From: Nemertoderma westbladi
Taxonomy: Eukaryota; Animalia; Xenacoelomorpha
NCBI GenBank assembly: GCA_032718475.1
Contig: JAUCBJ010007526.1
Span: forward strand, 1-64,000
Reading direction: 5' to 3'
DNA length: 64,000 bases
Part shown: piece by piece, positions 1 to 13,127 of the stretch
Layout of the letters: every line of letters begins with the position of its first letter
Numbering within the stretch: position 1 is the stretch's first letter
The notes under the pieces: model-generated
Databases searched by the model: none
The model's input: only the letters and a program-made list of their open reading frames with translations
Told to the model about the DNA's origin: nothing
Position numbers and translations under genes: made by a program

Positions 1-1058
1 TGTACGAAGGTATCTGGGTTCTGTTCGATCGGCCAACCAGCTTAGGGAGGTTGCCTCAGCCCTGCTGTCCGTATCGGCCAATAGAATTTGAGTGGGCGTT
101 GATTTTGACCTATCCCAGAGCTACTGAACTGAATTTCCTATCTGTATGCTCATCCTCTGTGTTGGACGGGAGCTTCGGGGAATAAGGGTAGTTGGTATCC
201 TCGTATAGTCAGGTAGTCATATGATTCTTCATATGATTCTGTTGTTGTGTTCCCATTTTTCGCCATAACACCGGCTTTTGGGAAGAACTCTAGTAAAACT
301 GCTTAAATTATCGAAAGTATAACTGTTACCTCACTAACTAATCTCACTTAATTTAACTGCACTAATCATATTGTTTGTACTGTTATTTACCGTCAGTTAT
401 TAATTGTATAGATTTGTTGATGAAATATTGCCCTTTGGAGAATACGGATAAATCACCCAAAATTCCCAATTTTCTTGATACACTACAGGTTAGAGAGACA
501 GGCTATATATAACAATTGCGATTTATATCAATGTGGTGTGTATTGAATCAAATGTTATTTAGCAGACACTACATGAGTCAATTGCTGTTCTCTTTATGTG
601 TGATCAAATATACTGACGGTCGGCAGAATAGTGTGCATGATTGTGATTGGTAACAAAGCATTTCCTAAAGAATGCGCCTTATACTTTAATTATAAGCATT
701 ATCGTTGCGTTTAGTATAAGTCCTAGCTCTGTTTAAATAGATAGAGCGCCACGTCCAAAAGGAACTGTTAATATTTCCCGAAAGCCAATAATATCTGTCA
801 GAAATTAATTATTAACGATCAATCGAATAATACAGTAGGTTTACACTGCAACCTTACACTGCAATAATAAAATTTAAGCATCCGAATTCAGCCTCCCGGG
901 TGTATCCATCGGGTGAATGATCGCGCATGGGCTGGCTTCGGCTAATGTTTTTGTTTATTAGCATAAAATATTGTCGTATGCTAAAGGTGTTTTAATTAAC
1001 TAAAAGACATATAAATTTTGGCAGGTTAAACTGCTAAAGGTCTTCAAAAGCGCGAACA
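1..1058 (+). mobile_element. Diverged LTR (solo or 3' LTR, cut by window edge) related to the 31512-43970 element, in opposite orientation
   Basis: Colinear similarity to the reverse complement of 42738-43970 (e.g. GAGCTACTGAACTGAA, CTTTGATACACTACAGGTTAGAGAGA-like block, GGCAGGTTAAACTGCT). Ends ...AAAAGCGCGAACA at 1058 versus ...AAAAGCGCGTACA. Followed by unrelated sequence. Confidence 0.85.
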
Positions 1059-1394
1059 TCGTGTCTTGTCGACACTGGTGGAGGGCTTATGTGGGATCAT
1101 CCATTCAATTAGCTAATCAAATTTATACAGTAGATATTAATATTGCATGAACGACATTCAAACTTTCTTAGCTCAATGTACGTGCGGGCAATATGAGTAT
1201 CAGTTGGTTGCACTATTCCATCGGTATTTCGTGCGTACTGTATATCATCTTTGGCAAGAGATTTTATATACTTTTAAATAACATTTAATCAATATACGGC
1301 TAAATAAATCTTTTCGATTAATTGCGTTAATTGCACTTTTATTAAGCTACATATTATGTATGTTGATACCGCTACAGGGCAGGGGCTCCTTCCT

Positions 1395-1565
1395 GAAGGA
1401 GATGTTTAGCTGAGTATCATCAGCATACAAATGGTATAAAATACCTACCATATTTTCTTATTACATGTGAGAGGGACCTAGAATATACGTAAACAACAAC
1501 GGGCCCAGGACCGGGCCCTGATGGACGCCATAGTGTAAGCATGTCTTTGCTGAGTAAATGGTCAT
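1395..1565 (-). mobile_element. Decayed LINE (L2/CR1-like) reverse transcriptase fragment
   Basis: Minus-strand translation gives YGVHQGPVLGPLLF and, after frameshifts, YHLYADDTQLNISF (RT motifs 4-5). Confidence 0.75.
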
Positions 1566-1718
1566 TCATATTACAGTAGTTGTGTGTCGGATAACTGAAT
1601 TGAAACTGAAATTGTATTCAATATTCGTAATTACTGTTTCAGTATTCAAAATTAATAATTTCAGTTACAGTATCAAAAATTATCAAAATCATTCAGTGAC
1701 AGTTACAGTTCTCAACAC

Positions 1719-2142
1719 CAGGGACATGATACGATACGATACTATATCGGATTTTAATGTTTCGTATCTCGTATACTGTAGCTTTATAAATAGTTTCTTC
1801 GTATTGAATTTCGTATCGTATCATAAAAAATGTACTTCGTATCATCGTATCGTATAATGTAAATAAATGTTTTTCGTATCGCATTTTGGTAGGCCTACAG
1901 TATCTTATTATTTTGTAAATACTGTATTAATGTTTTTAACAGTCAAACCAGAGATAACACCACTTATTTCTTTACATATTTTTTCTTAAAATTGGTGTAT
2001 AAACTACTGTACATAGGTTACAGCTTAGGCCTACATTTTATTATGTCAATAAAATGTGAAAGACAGGAGGATCGTTAATCGTTAATCAAATTGTACTTAA
2101 CTGTAGAAAAATGATAAAAATACAGTACCACTGAAATATAAT
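1719..2142 (+). mobile_element. Truncated copy of the hAT-type MITE at 26086-27030
   Basis: Starts CAGGGACATGATACGATACGAT, has CGTAT subterminal repeats and shares internal blocks (CAAACCAGAGAT, AAGACAGGAGGATCGTTAATC). No right TIR found. Confidence 0.7.
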
Positions 2143-3335
2143 CTACAGTAGTACAGTACTGCAGTAGTACAGTAATTAGGCCTAATCTGTAAATTGTTTT
2201 ATAAATATGAATTCGCAGTACGTTTTTTTATGTTTTAAGGACGCAATTAGTGTATGGTCTAGTAATTATATACTGTATGTGCATTTTTTTAACACTTATA
2301 ACGCTTTTATCCTATTTACTTATGCAGATGCAGCATGCTGGCATGCAGTTGGTCTTTTAATTTTAGTAAATTTTCTGATCTTGCCCATATTTAGTACAGT
2401 ACTTGTAGTCAACTGTTAATGAACCTATGTAGTTTATCTACCGTAAGTGTACATGGTTGTTCAACTCCAGTGTAATATATACTGTAAGTTTTATTTTAAA
2501 TATTGTCACTGTGAAATAATACTAATAATAGTATTCAATATCAGCTGGCCTGTCAGGCTGGTGCCCATAGTCTGTTTTTTTAAGGACTCGTTAAAGGCGC
2601 ATGCTAAAAGGCTTCGCTCACTTCGTGGCTCGCCCCACAGGCTCTCCAACCAAACTCTTAAAATTATATTTCCCCGCATTAATAATTTACGTCTTGTTTG
2701 TTTAAACCAAAGCGACCTTCACTAAGGACGCCTTGGTTGAAACCCATGAACCGTTTGTTATAATGAGGTCAAGAGGTGTTCCTGTTCCCCTCGCATATGA
2801 ATACTAAGGTTATTTATTTGTTTACCTGTGAATGCTGTATAACAGATCCTATGTAGGTCAGATTCAGACTGTCCAACACCTTGGTGTCCGTGTAGCCGGC
2901 CACACTGGCATTTCGTATCTAACAAGCCACTGCCCCCCCCCCCCCCCCCCCCCCCTAAACATTCTACTATTTTCGTGCTCAGCAAGTCCATTTGGCCACG
3001 GTTTTGATGATTTTTTCCAACTTAAAAATTATTATTTTTTATTATTTATTCGCAATAATTTTTATTGTCCGTTTAAATCACTCATGATGTCCTTTTTTTT
3101 TACTTATTATGTCCTCCAGAAATTTACCATTAGGTTCCATGCTACCGGTTTCTCTACTGCTGTTCTCTCAGGCTATCAGTACCGGTATTACTGTAGTATA
3201 TAGTACGGTGGCTGATTTAGGCCACATTTAATTTAATTTTTTTTCGAAGAGGATTAAGAAAAAAAATAAACTAAATTATATTATTTAGGGGATTAAGAAA
3301 ACAGAAACAAATTAAACTAAATTATGCGAAAATTG

Positions 3336-3580
3336 ACTTCTGATTGGTTTAAAAAATAAATAAACTAAATTAACTGTATTTCTGATTGGTTGAAAAAATA
3401 AATAAACTTAATGAAGTATATTTCTGATTGGTTGAAAAAATAAATAAACCCAAATTAAGATATTTCTGATTGGTTAAAAAAATAAATAAACTAAATTAAC
3501 TCTATTTCTGATTGGTTTAAAAAATAAATAAACTAAATTAACTGTATTTCTGATTGGTTGAAAAACTAGATAAACTAAAT
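3336..3580. repeat. ~41-bp tandem repeat, ~6 copies (TTTCTGATTGGTTGAAAAAATAAATAAACTAAATTAACTGTA)
   Basis: Directly visible periodicity. Confidence 0.9.
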
Positions 3581-3741
3581 TATACAGTCTGACTGGAGGC
3601 TAGTCAGATATTGGACTACTGCTTTAGTCAGTGTAGTTAGTTGGAGTGGAGTCATGTACTATCTTACCCGGTACTGTTGTTAGCTTATGACTCCTACGAC
3701 ATGCTACTTGTTGATCAGTATATTTACCATGTCGTCCAGTC

Positions 3742-4900
3742 TTACAGAAGGGTCGGATCAGTATGTAAAGTTACTAGAGGATTACTTTTGGAAGTATGTA
3801 AAGAAATATGTATTCTCATGTGTATTCGTGTCAATCCTTTATCATCTATACCCCTCTCATCCACAAAACTTACGTCCAGTAAATTCACAGTTATATTATC
3901 AAGGGCAGTAAATACTGCTATAACATCATTGAATAGATTACCGGTACTTATATTAAGTTTCACTGAGACCTTCTTATTGCCACCCGAAATATCGGCTTCA
4001 TCATCATAGGTAATAATTTCGTCAATATCGTTATCTAAAAAGTCACCGTATCTCAGAGGTGGTCTTGCATTTCGCCTTGGACGAGATAAACCATCATTTC
4101 GAAGACCAGTATCGTTACTAGACGTACACTGACCATCTTCAAACTGGCGGCTGTAGAAGACCGATCGTCTTTCAGCCAGTTGTTCTCGGGATATTTCTAT
4201 GTCGTTATCTTCTTCTGGAACTACAGTTGCACTTGAGAGCATTGGATCTACACCTGTTTCTGCCGCCGAAACTTCGACTTCAACATCCATTGTATCATCA
4301 TACACTGGTACCGGTACTTCAATAAACTCCTCATCACCTTCAGGTCCTTTAGATTTGTCTACAGCTAAACTTATATTATATTCATAATCTTGGCAACAAA
4401 CTAAACATTTACCATTGATCACTTCTATAGCAGAACCAGTGCGACCACAATTACACCGGATTCCAGGATCATCCACTACCGGTACCGGTACGCCTATGGT
4501 AGTAGTAGTAGTAGTGAAAGAAGATTTTTTCCTACATAAAAGAGATATTGTAGGAATCCCTACTATTTTACCACTCTCTAAGAACTTCTCCAGTGACTCA
4601 AAGCTTTCGATACTATCACCGAACCTATTTGTGACTGTACAAAAATAGTCATCTCTATTACAAGCTTTCTTCAGTACTTTTAGAGCCCTGTTTTCCCCAC
4701 CTTCACTACTGCACTAGAGAAAATGGTATTAATTAAACTTTCACGAACTTCCTGCATTGTCTGGTTCACCCTGAGTTTAAGTCCAAGTTTATTTGATCCC
4801 CCCAGAGGATGTTTTAGAACTTTATGACCACGTCCAGTATCAATGCTACAAGTAAAATGTATTGTTCGTATTGCCTCTAACTGTCTAACGGACGTCCTAC
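3742..4900 (-). pseudogene. Frameshifted remnant of a probable HECT-like (E3 ligase-type) gene, possibly transposon cargo
   Basis: Reading frame extends upstream of the 244-aa ORF to ~4900 with one frameshift near 4690. Contains CNC...CLVC, QDYEYNISLAVDKSK and VSFVDERGIDDKGLTR (resembles the HECT N-lobe V-x-F-x-x-E-x-G-x-D-x-G-G-L-T-R-E motif), then breaks off. Confidence 0.4.
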
Positions 4901-5306
4901 AGATCTAGAAATAGGCCTTCGAGTAGATAACACATCTTGACGGCGATGTCAGGATGTTGCAACCGCCGTGTACCAGAACTTAGACTCCGCTGGTTATGTG
5001 AAATTATAATAGGATTATTGGCATTGTCACTAATTGTACCCTGAATTAATTGCCCAGCTTCCATATGTGATATAGGTTTGAGTGTGAACCATTTAAACCA
5101 TCCGGCATGTAGGCCTATACCAGTATACTTCCAGCGGCACCCGGTCCGGTATGCCGGTTTCTGGGTTGCCTTGTCAGCTTGTCGGTAGCGGTCAGCCGGT
5201 ACTGCGGTACTAACTAACTACTGTACAGGTACCTGCTCCATGTTCAGTTCAACCGTTCAGTCGTCAGACCGTTAGGGTACTGCTTAACAGCTTAATATAA
5301 TACCGG

Positions 5307-6226
5307 TGTCACAAGGAAATCAGCCCCCCCTAGAATATGCCCCCCGGGGCATTATTTCCTAGGATATTATGTCCCCCCGGGCAATTTTTCCTAGGAAATT
5401 TAGCCCGGGGGGGCATTTTCTCCTTAGGAAATAATGCCTCCCCTCAGGAAAATTAGCCCCCCTCAAAAGTCTGAAAACTGGTACGATACCGGTCTGCTGG
5501 TAGCCACTTTTAATCTACCAACTGCAGAACTTGTAATAGTTGGAAGAATAGTACGGTACCGGTCTGCCGGTAGCAGGGTAGGTAAGCAGGTAAGGCAGTA
5601 AGGGATGTAGAACAGCATACTGAAGTATCTAAGTCAGTAGGCTACTGTAGTAAGTACTGGTATGGTATAACAGCAGTGCGAGTGTGTGGTGTTGTGCGGG
5701 CGCCGAGCAGCTCCAAGCTTTTTTAAGTCTGTAACCTGCTCCTTTCCCTGATTTGGTAAAGTGATTGTTTGTTGTTTTGGTTAGAAAATCCCGCCTCTGT
5801 AACCTGCTCCTTTCTCTCAATTGGTAATGTTATCGTTTATTGTTTTTGTTAGAAAATCCCGTCTCTGTAACCTGCTCCTTTCCCTGATTTGCTAAAGTGA
5901 CTGTTTATTGTTTTGGTTAGAAAATCCCGCCTCTGTAACCTGCTCCTTTCCCTCAATTAGTTAAATGATCGTTTATTGTTTTGGTTAGAAAGGCATGCCT
6001 CTGTAACCTGCTCCTTTCCTTCATTTGGTAAAGTGACTGTTTATTGTTTTGTATAATTTTTGTAAGTTTTAGTAGTAATAAGTTTTGTTTATTGTATAAT
6101 TCAGGGGGGCATAATTTCCTAAGGGGGGGCATTTTTTCCTAGGGAAATTTGCCCGGGGGGGCATTTTTTCCTAGGAAAATATGCCCCCCGGGCACATTTC
6201 CCGGGGGGGCATATTTTCCTGTTACA
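5307..6226. mobile_element. Non-autonomous Ginger1-like DNA transposon
   Basis: TGT...ACA termini, imperfect TIRs built from CCTAGGAAAT/GCCCCC modules, flanked by a CCGG duplication (5303-5306 and 6227-6230), the target preference described for Ginger1. Interior has ~72-bp tandem units. Confidence 0.75.
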
Positions 6227-6769
6227 CCGGTACTACAGTACGACCAGCTACAGAACTACCACTGTTCACTGTACAGCTGTACTGTACCCCGCCTTGGCTG
6301 CTTGGTACCTGGTGCTGGTGCACATACATCGGTCGATCTGTGATAGACTGATAGGTAGATAGAGTCCAGCCATCAAACACAACACAGACAAACGAAGCAA
6401 GCGCTTATTCATCAGTATAGCATACAGGCATACCGGCACCACTACCTGACTACTACAGTACTACACTACACCACTACATGTACACCGCTAGTTTAGTTTA
6501 GTTGTTTATTGACATAAATTTTTAGATGGAAACTCGCATGTAATTCAAACCCTTCACCAATAGAGACACACACATTGATACTTTGGCTACATACGTTAAA
6601 TGCAATAATACCCTCCACCAATACACACTTAAAATTAAGTCCAATTATACGCCGCTTCGTAATGCAAAAATGCGGAAAAAAAAAGAAAAATTCAATATAT
6701 GTACATAATGCTCGTTTTTGTTCGTGTTCGTGAAATGGGCTATATACTTAATGAGATGTATACTTAATT

Positions 6770-7553
6770 ATTTGATTTATTATTAATTTACGGTTATTTT
6801 AATCCCTTCCTTGTTATTAATTTATACTTGTGCGGGCTCTAATACTTTAATAATTTTATGGCACATTGATGCGGATCGGGTTCCGAGGTTATCAAATACT
6901 CTGGATAGGGATGACGATGGTGGTGGAAAGTCGAAATCCAAGCGAATACTTTCGGTTAGTGGGCAGACAAAGAATATGTGATGATCTGATTGGGTAGAAC
7001 CACATAAGCATTTACGATTCTCTCTCGGAATCCGAGACCATCGGAGTATCTCCATTGGTAGCCGATGGGAACTCAATCTGATCCTTGAAAATGAGATTCT
7101 CTCCCACTCGGGTACATTAGGATCAGAGTATAATTCATGGGGTTTCTGAGTTGGGTTGTATGCCACATAATTCACACACCTTGTCGTTATGGCTGTAAGA
7201 GTTCGATCTTTTGCAGCTTGGAGTTCCGACATGACATGACCCGTATCTAATAGCTCTTTGGCGTATTTTCCCATTGGTGAGTTTACTGATGTAGCTTCGT
7301 TCATAATGTAGTTATGATAACTGTCTTTATATCCAGGCCGTGAGGACAATGACCTCAGGAACTTTAACTGCCGATTCTTAATAATACTCTTGACATGTTC
7401 AGTGCCAGTTTCAATAAGGACGAGATCATTTGGTGTTGTTAATCGAACTGAGAGTAGTTGTTTAAGCGTTCTGTAAAACACTGAAACAATTGGTTTGATG
7501 TTATTACATAACCATGTTTCGCATCCGTATAATAGCGAAGATTAGAGAGCAGC
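6770..7553 (-). mobile_element. 5'-truncated LINE 3' end (RT thumb plus C-terminal zinc finger)
   Basis: AAL*SSLLYGCETWL upstream of the 219-aa ORF; RIRLSSHRLPME and CLCG...QSDHHIFFVCP. AATAAA-rich tail at ~6770-6785. Confidence 0.85.
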
Positions 7554-7588
7554 CTGCGCGCGAGCTGGGGGAAGATCTTCTCTGTGCT

Positions 7589-10320
7589 GGGGGTAAGCGC
7601 GCGTAAGAAAAGGGGGAAGAGGGGGAAAGAAAAGGGGTATGGATCTATAAATAACATCCAATGGGACGCCTCTATTTTACGACCGTTCTATACTGTAAAC
7701 ATACAGCTGTCTACCTTATGGAGAAGTGGTAATACTACTTAATAGTTGCTAAACTTACCCCCCCCCCCCCCACCCACCTACTGTATCATTACACACCTAC
7801 TGTACTTAACCATACATACCCATTCCTACATGCCTACTTACACGTACCCTCCCACCCACCTAAGCACGTCGACTTAACTGCACCCACCCACCGATCTAAG
7901 CACACCTACTTAACCGCACCCCCTACCCACCTAAGCACGTATACTTACCCACACCCACCCACCTACCTAAGCACAACTACTTAACTGCACCCACCCACTC
8001 TCCTAAGCACGTCTACTTAACCGCACACACCCACCAACCTAAGCACGTCTAGTTAACCACACCCACCCACCCACCTAAGCACATCGACTTAACCGCACCC
8101 ACCCACCCATCTAAGCATACCTACTTAACCGCACCCACCCACCCACCTAAGCACACCTACTTAACCGCACACACCCACCAACCTAAGCACGTCTAGTTAA
8201 CCACACCCGCCCACCCACCCACCTAAGCACATCGACTTAACCGCACCCACCCACCCATCTAAGCATACCTATTTAACCGCACCCACCCACCCACCTAAGC
8301 ACACCTACTTAACCGCACCCACCCGCCCTTCTAAGCACGTCTACTTACCCGCACCCACCCACCCATCTAAACACGTCTACTTAACCGCACCCACCCACCC
8401 ACCTAAGCACGTGTACTTAACCGCACCCACCTAAGCACGTATACTTACCTACACCCACCCACCTACCTAAGCACACCTAGTTAAACGCACCCACCTAAGC
8501 ACATCGACTTAACCGCACCCACCCACCCACCTCAGCACGTCTATTTAACCGCACCCACCCACACACCTAAGCACGTCTACTTACCCGCACCCACCCACAC
8601 ACCTAAGCACGTCTACTTAACCGCAAACACCCACCCACCCACCTAAGCACGTATACTTACCCGCACCCACCCACCTACCTAAGCACACCTAGTTAACCGC
8701 ACCCACCTAAGCACATCGACTTAACCGCACCCACCCACCAACCTAAGCACGTGTACTTAACCACACCCACCCACCCACATAAGCACGTATATTTACCCGC
8801 ACCCACCTCCTACCTAAGCACACCTAGTTAACCGCACCCACCTAAGCACATCGACTTAACCGCACCCACCCACCCACATAAGCACGTGTACTTAACCACA
8901 CCTACCCACCCACCCACCTAAGCACGTATACTTACCCGCACCCACCTCCTACCTAAGCACACCTAGTTAACCGCACCCACCTAAGCACATCGACTTAACC
9001 GCACCCACCCACCCACCCACATAAGCACGTATACTTACCCGCACCCACCTCCTACCTAAGCACACATAGTTAACCGCACCCACCTAAGCACGTATACTTA
9101 ACCACACCCACCCACCCACCTAAGCACGTTTACTTAACCAACCCACCCACCCACCTAAGCACATCGACTTAACGGCACCCACCCACCCACCTAAGCACAC
9201 CTACTTAACCGCACGTGTACTTAACCGCAAACAATCAACCAACCCACCTAAGCACGTCTACTTAACCGCACCCACCCACCTAAGCACACCTACTTAACCG
9301 CACCCACCCACCTACATACGAACGTCTACTTAACCGCACCCACCCACCCACCTAAGCACACCTACTTAACCGCACCAACCCACCTACATAAGCACGTCTA
9401 CTTAACCACACCCACCCACCCTCCTAAGCACGTCTACTTAACCGCACCCACCCATCTACCTAAGCACAACTACTTAACTGCACCCACCCACCCACCTAAG
9501 CACATCGACTTAGCCGCACCCACCCACCCACCTAAGCACACCTACTTAACCGCACCCGGCCACCCACCCTCCTAAGCACATCGACTTAACCGCACCCACC
9601 CACCCACCTAAGCACACCTACTTAACTGCACCCACCCACCAACCTAAGCACGTCTACTTAACCGCACCCACACACCAAACTAAGCAAGCACGTCTACTTA
9701 ACCACACCCAACCTCCCCTACCCCTACACACCTAATTACCCGCACTCACCTACCCCTACCCACCATCCCTCCCTCCCACACCCTATTTACCCGCACCGAC
9801 CGCCCGAACCTAACAAACACACCCACCCCTACTTTTCCTACCTTATTCAGACTCCATGGCAAACATTCTCGGAGCAATCGTGCCGTACCAGAAATTTGCA
9901 AAAACGTAAAGCAGGGACAGTTTTCGCCAAAACCTTTTTTACAAGAACCTTTTTTTATAATCGTTTCCTATAAAATAATGCTAAGTTTTTACATCCTAGA
10001 ACATTCGATAACTATTGTAAATTATTGTAATTAATTAATAGGTTGGTTGCTTTTTTTACCATATATTATTAATAAATAAATGTGAGATAGTTAGTGCAGT
10101 TAGTTTAATTATAATATCGTAAACATCACTGCACAAAAACGCGTTTTACACACCAGATCTTTAAAACATTACCTTTATTCGCATGCGAAAATAAGGGTTA
10201 TGCCAGAGCCAGCCTAGAGGCCCAGCAAGGTACCGGTAGCCGTAGCAATGCAAGAAGCTAGAAGCTTCCTATTGGGTGCTATTTTTAGATCCTTCCCCCT
10301 TTTCTTACCCCCTCATCCGT
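7589..10320. mobile_element. Putative TIR element enclosing the C-rich minisatellite
   Basis: 7616-7673 (GAGGGGGAAAGAAAAGGGGTATGGATCTATAAATAACATCCAATGGGACGCCTC) is an imperfect inverted repeat of 10261-10320. No TSD resolved. Confidence 0.5.
7850..9715. repeat. C-rich minisatellite, 29-41-bp variable unit (CACC)n-TAAGCACGTCTACTTAACCG
   Basis: Roughly 50 visible units, with length varying by the number of CACC tetramers. Confidence 0.95.
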
Positions 10321-10349
10321 GCCACCACTGGTTCAGCCAAACAACCCAG

Positions 10350-10590
10350 GCAGCTCCGTAGCCCATCATTGTTCCAATTCTTCCGGTAGGCTATCATTAC
10401 GGCTCTCCTAATTTGTTTCAAATTTGTTTCACTGGCATACTTAACATTGTTCCAATTTTTTGAGCTCCATAGCCCATCATTGTTCCAATTCTACGGTAGA
10501 CTATCATTACGGCCCTCCTAATTTGTTTCAAATTTGTTTCACTGGCATACATAGCATTGCAGGTAGGACACCATTACGTGGCTCCTAATA
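10350..10590. repeat. ~110-bp tandem duplication
   Basis: Block GCCCATCATTGTTCCAATTC...CTAATTTGTTTCAAATTTGTTTCACTGGCATAC occurs twice, with a degenerate third part. Confidence 0.8.
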
Positions 10591-10854
10591 TGTTTCAATT
10601 GCGCGCATAAAATTAATGTCGAATAAAGTTACCGTACTGCAGTAGCAGTAGTGCCTTTGTGCCTATTGCCTACCGGCTGATTTTGGGGACCGATCTTTTT
10701 CAACCGTTTCTAATTGTCATTCTACAGCTGCGTACCGGTACCGGTACCTATTGCTTGACTGCCTGATTTTTTGGTTATAGAGTGTCTACTGACTGTCTCA
10801 CCATGTGACTACTGAATGTCAGAATGTTGTGTTGACCATCCCTCACCCTCATCG

Positions 10855-11265
10855 TTTCCCTCGATTGGTACAGTGATCGTTTATTGTTTTGGTTAGAAAA
10901 GCCCGCCTCTGTAACCTGCTCTTTTACATCAATTGGTATATATACTGATATATATATTATAATAACTTTTGAATAATTTTAGATTTTATATAGGGGCCTA
11001 CAGTCGGCCTATACAGTCATCTTTGCAATATAGGCCTATAAATATCCTCAACCAAAGACCTTTTCACAAAACAGATGGAGGTGGGGGTAGGGGCATAATC
11101 TCCTAAGAGATTTTACCCGCGGGGGCATACTCGTACAGTCGTAGGATTTTCTGACCGGCAGACGCAGACCGGGGGCATAATCTCCTAGGAGATTTTGACC
11201 GGGCGGCATATCCGACAGCAGCACTGGGAGGCAAATTCCATTGCGGGGCAAATTCTCCTGCTACA
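10855..11265. mobile_element. Right end of a second Ginger1-like element, inserted in the CCGG of a hAT MITE TIR
   Basis: Same GGGGGCATAATCTCCTAGGA modules and internal motif as 5307-6226. Ends CTGCTACA followed by CCGG. Left end not found. Confidence 0.6.
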
Positions 11266-11717
11266 CCGGATTAAGCATGTGTGGCCCCTAGCTGCCTAGG
11301 CAAAGACAAATTTGAGGCCCCACCCCAAAATTTTTTCAGGTGAGGGGGGGGGGGGGGGGGGGGTGATGATGGTGGGATTTTAGTATTTATTTCGCATAAA
11401 ATATTTCATTTATAAAACACTTATAAAATATTATTACACCCTGTAATTATTTCGCGTGTGTTTGTAGAGTACTCGGGAAGGGAAGGTACCGTAGATGTGG
11501 GCCCTGGTTTTCGGGAACAAATGTTATCATTATTATTTAAATTTACTTTAAATTTACTTTTTGTGGTTACTGACTATATTTATACCGGTTTAAATATTTA
11601 TATATTTATGCATTGTTTTATTTTTAATGCATATAATTTTTTTTAGAGGCCCCCTTGTGCCTTGAGCAGAGACCCCTAGGCACGTGCCTAGTTTGCCTCT
11701 AGGTTAATCCGACCCTG
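11266..11717. mobile_element. hAT-type MITE with disrupted left TIR
   Basis: Begins CCGGATTAA (expected CAGGGCCGGATTAA), ends TTAATCCGACCCTG, with GAGGCCCC subterminal motifs. Confidence 0.65.
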
Positions 11718-11725
11718 CTGGTAGT

Positions 11726-11853
11726 CCTACCGATATTAAAGAGACTCTCTACATATCCGTTAACTCCGTCTCAAGCAGCTATATAGGCCTACCGATATTA
11801 AAGAGACTCTCTACATATCCGTTAACTCCGTCTCAAGCAGCTATATAGGCCTA
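11726..11853. repeat. ~62-bp tandem repeat (2 copies; third partial copy at 16791-16832 on the far side of the EnSpm-like insertion)
   Basis: CCTACCGATATTAAAGAGACTCTCTACATATCCGTTAACTCCG repeated. Confidence 0.85.
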
Positions 11854-13127
11854 TCGCCCTGATAACAATTGCATGTTATTTTAACGTTTATATCACATTT
11901 TTATTGAACATGGCAAACGTTTGAAAAAACGTTTGCGACACGTCCAGAAATAGATCATTTTCATGTTATTTTGTCCAAGCGGGTGGCATGTAATAAACGT
12001 TTAGAAGTAAACGTGTAAATAGCATGAAACAAACGTTACCCAATCGCCGGTTCTTTATGACGTTTGAATTAAACGTGTGTCTAGCATGTGTAACTAACGT
12101 GAATCATGCGTCGGTTCTTTCGAAATTGCTTGGAAATATACGTTTTTTTAATGCAAAGAAAACGTTTGTTTTAAACGTTGTAAATCGTTATTCTCTACAC
12201 TAATTTGGTCATCCATTGATTCGACCACCGGATTGTTCTCATGGTATGCAATTGTTCGAATTAAGAAGATAATTTATGTGTAAAACATGAATATTATTAA
12301 GCACAAGGTAGTAGTAGCCAGTACAGCACAACTTAACCACCTAAAAACTAGTGTTATTGTTCACAATAACAACAACACCTATTAAACAAATGAACTGCAT
12401 TGCACAAACTTTAAGTAAAATTGTACTGTAATACAGTATACATATAATATACAAAATGAAACAAAATTCCATTTGAACTGTAATAATATAGACCAACCGC
12501 AGCCTTCTTTAACGCTATTTGGCCTGGGGGGGGGGGGGGGGGGGGGGGGGGTGGGTGAGGGTCATTTAAATTTTTTTGAAATTAATCTGTATCTTTGAAA
12601 CAGATATGTTGTGAAAACCGAGATTCCGTGACTTTTCCTAAAATTTTATGGGCTATCCATCAGAGCACAAAGGAAATTATTATCCAATATTGAAATATAA
12701 TAAATAGTTTCAAAAATTTCCCTGTTCACTTCAATGTTCCAAAATTGGAACAAGGGGGAAACTGGACGCAAACCTCATCTTGGCGAATTAATATCCCGCC
12801 TCAATGTTAAATTCTCAATTTAGGGAAAGGAGCAGGTTACAGTGGCACATTATTTTAACCAAAACAATAAACTAAACACAATAGAACAGGTTACAGTTTT
12901 ATTTTTGAGAGAAATCAACTGTTATTTGCGTCGAATTTCCCCTGGAGAGGGATGAATTTTTATTGCGTCGAAAGCCCCCCCCCCCCCCCCCCCACCCACC
13001 CCGGGGCAATACATTGTAAAATAGACAACAATTAACATTTACGATAAAACAAATTACAATTAAAACAACAATGTTGGGACGTCACGGGGAGTTTTCAGTT
13101 ACATTGATCATTCAGTTTCAGCCACAG

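Noticed and set aside
7850-9715. Interstitial telomeric repeat
   Set aside because: Unit is a complex 29-41-mer, not (TTAGGG)n or another simple telomere repeat.
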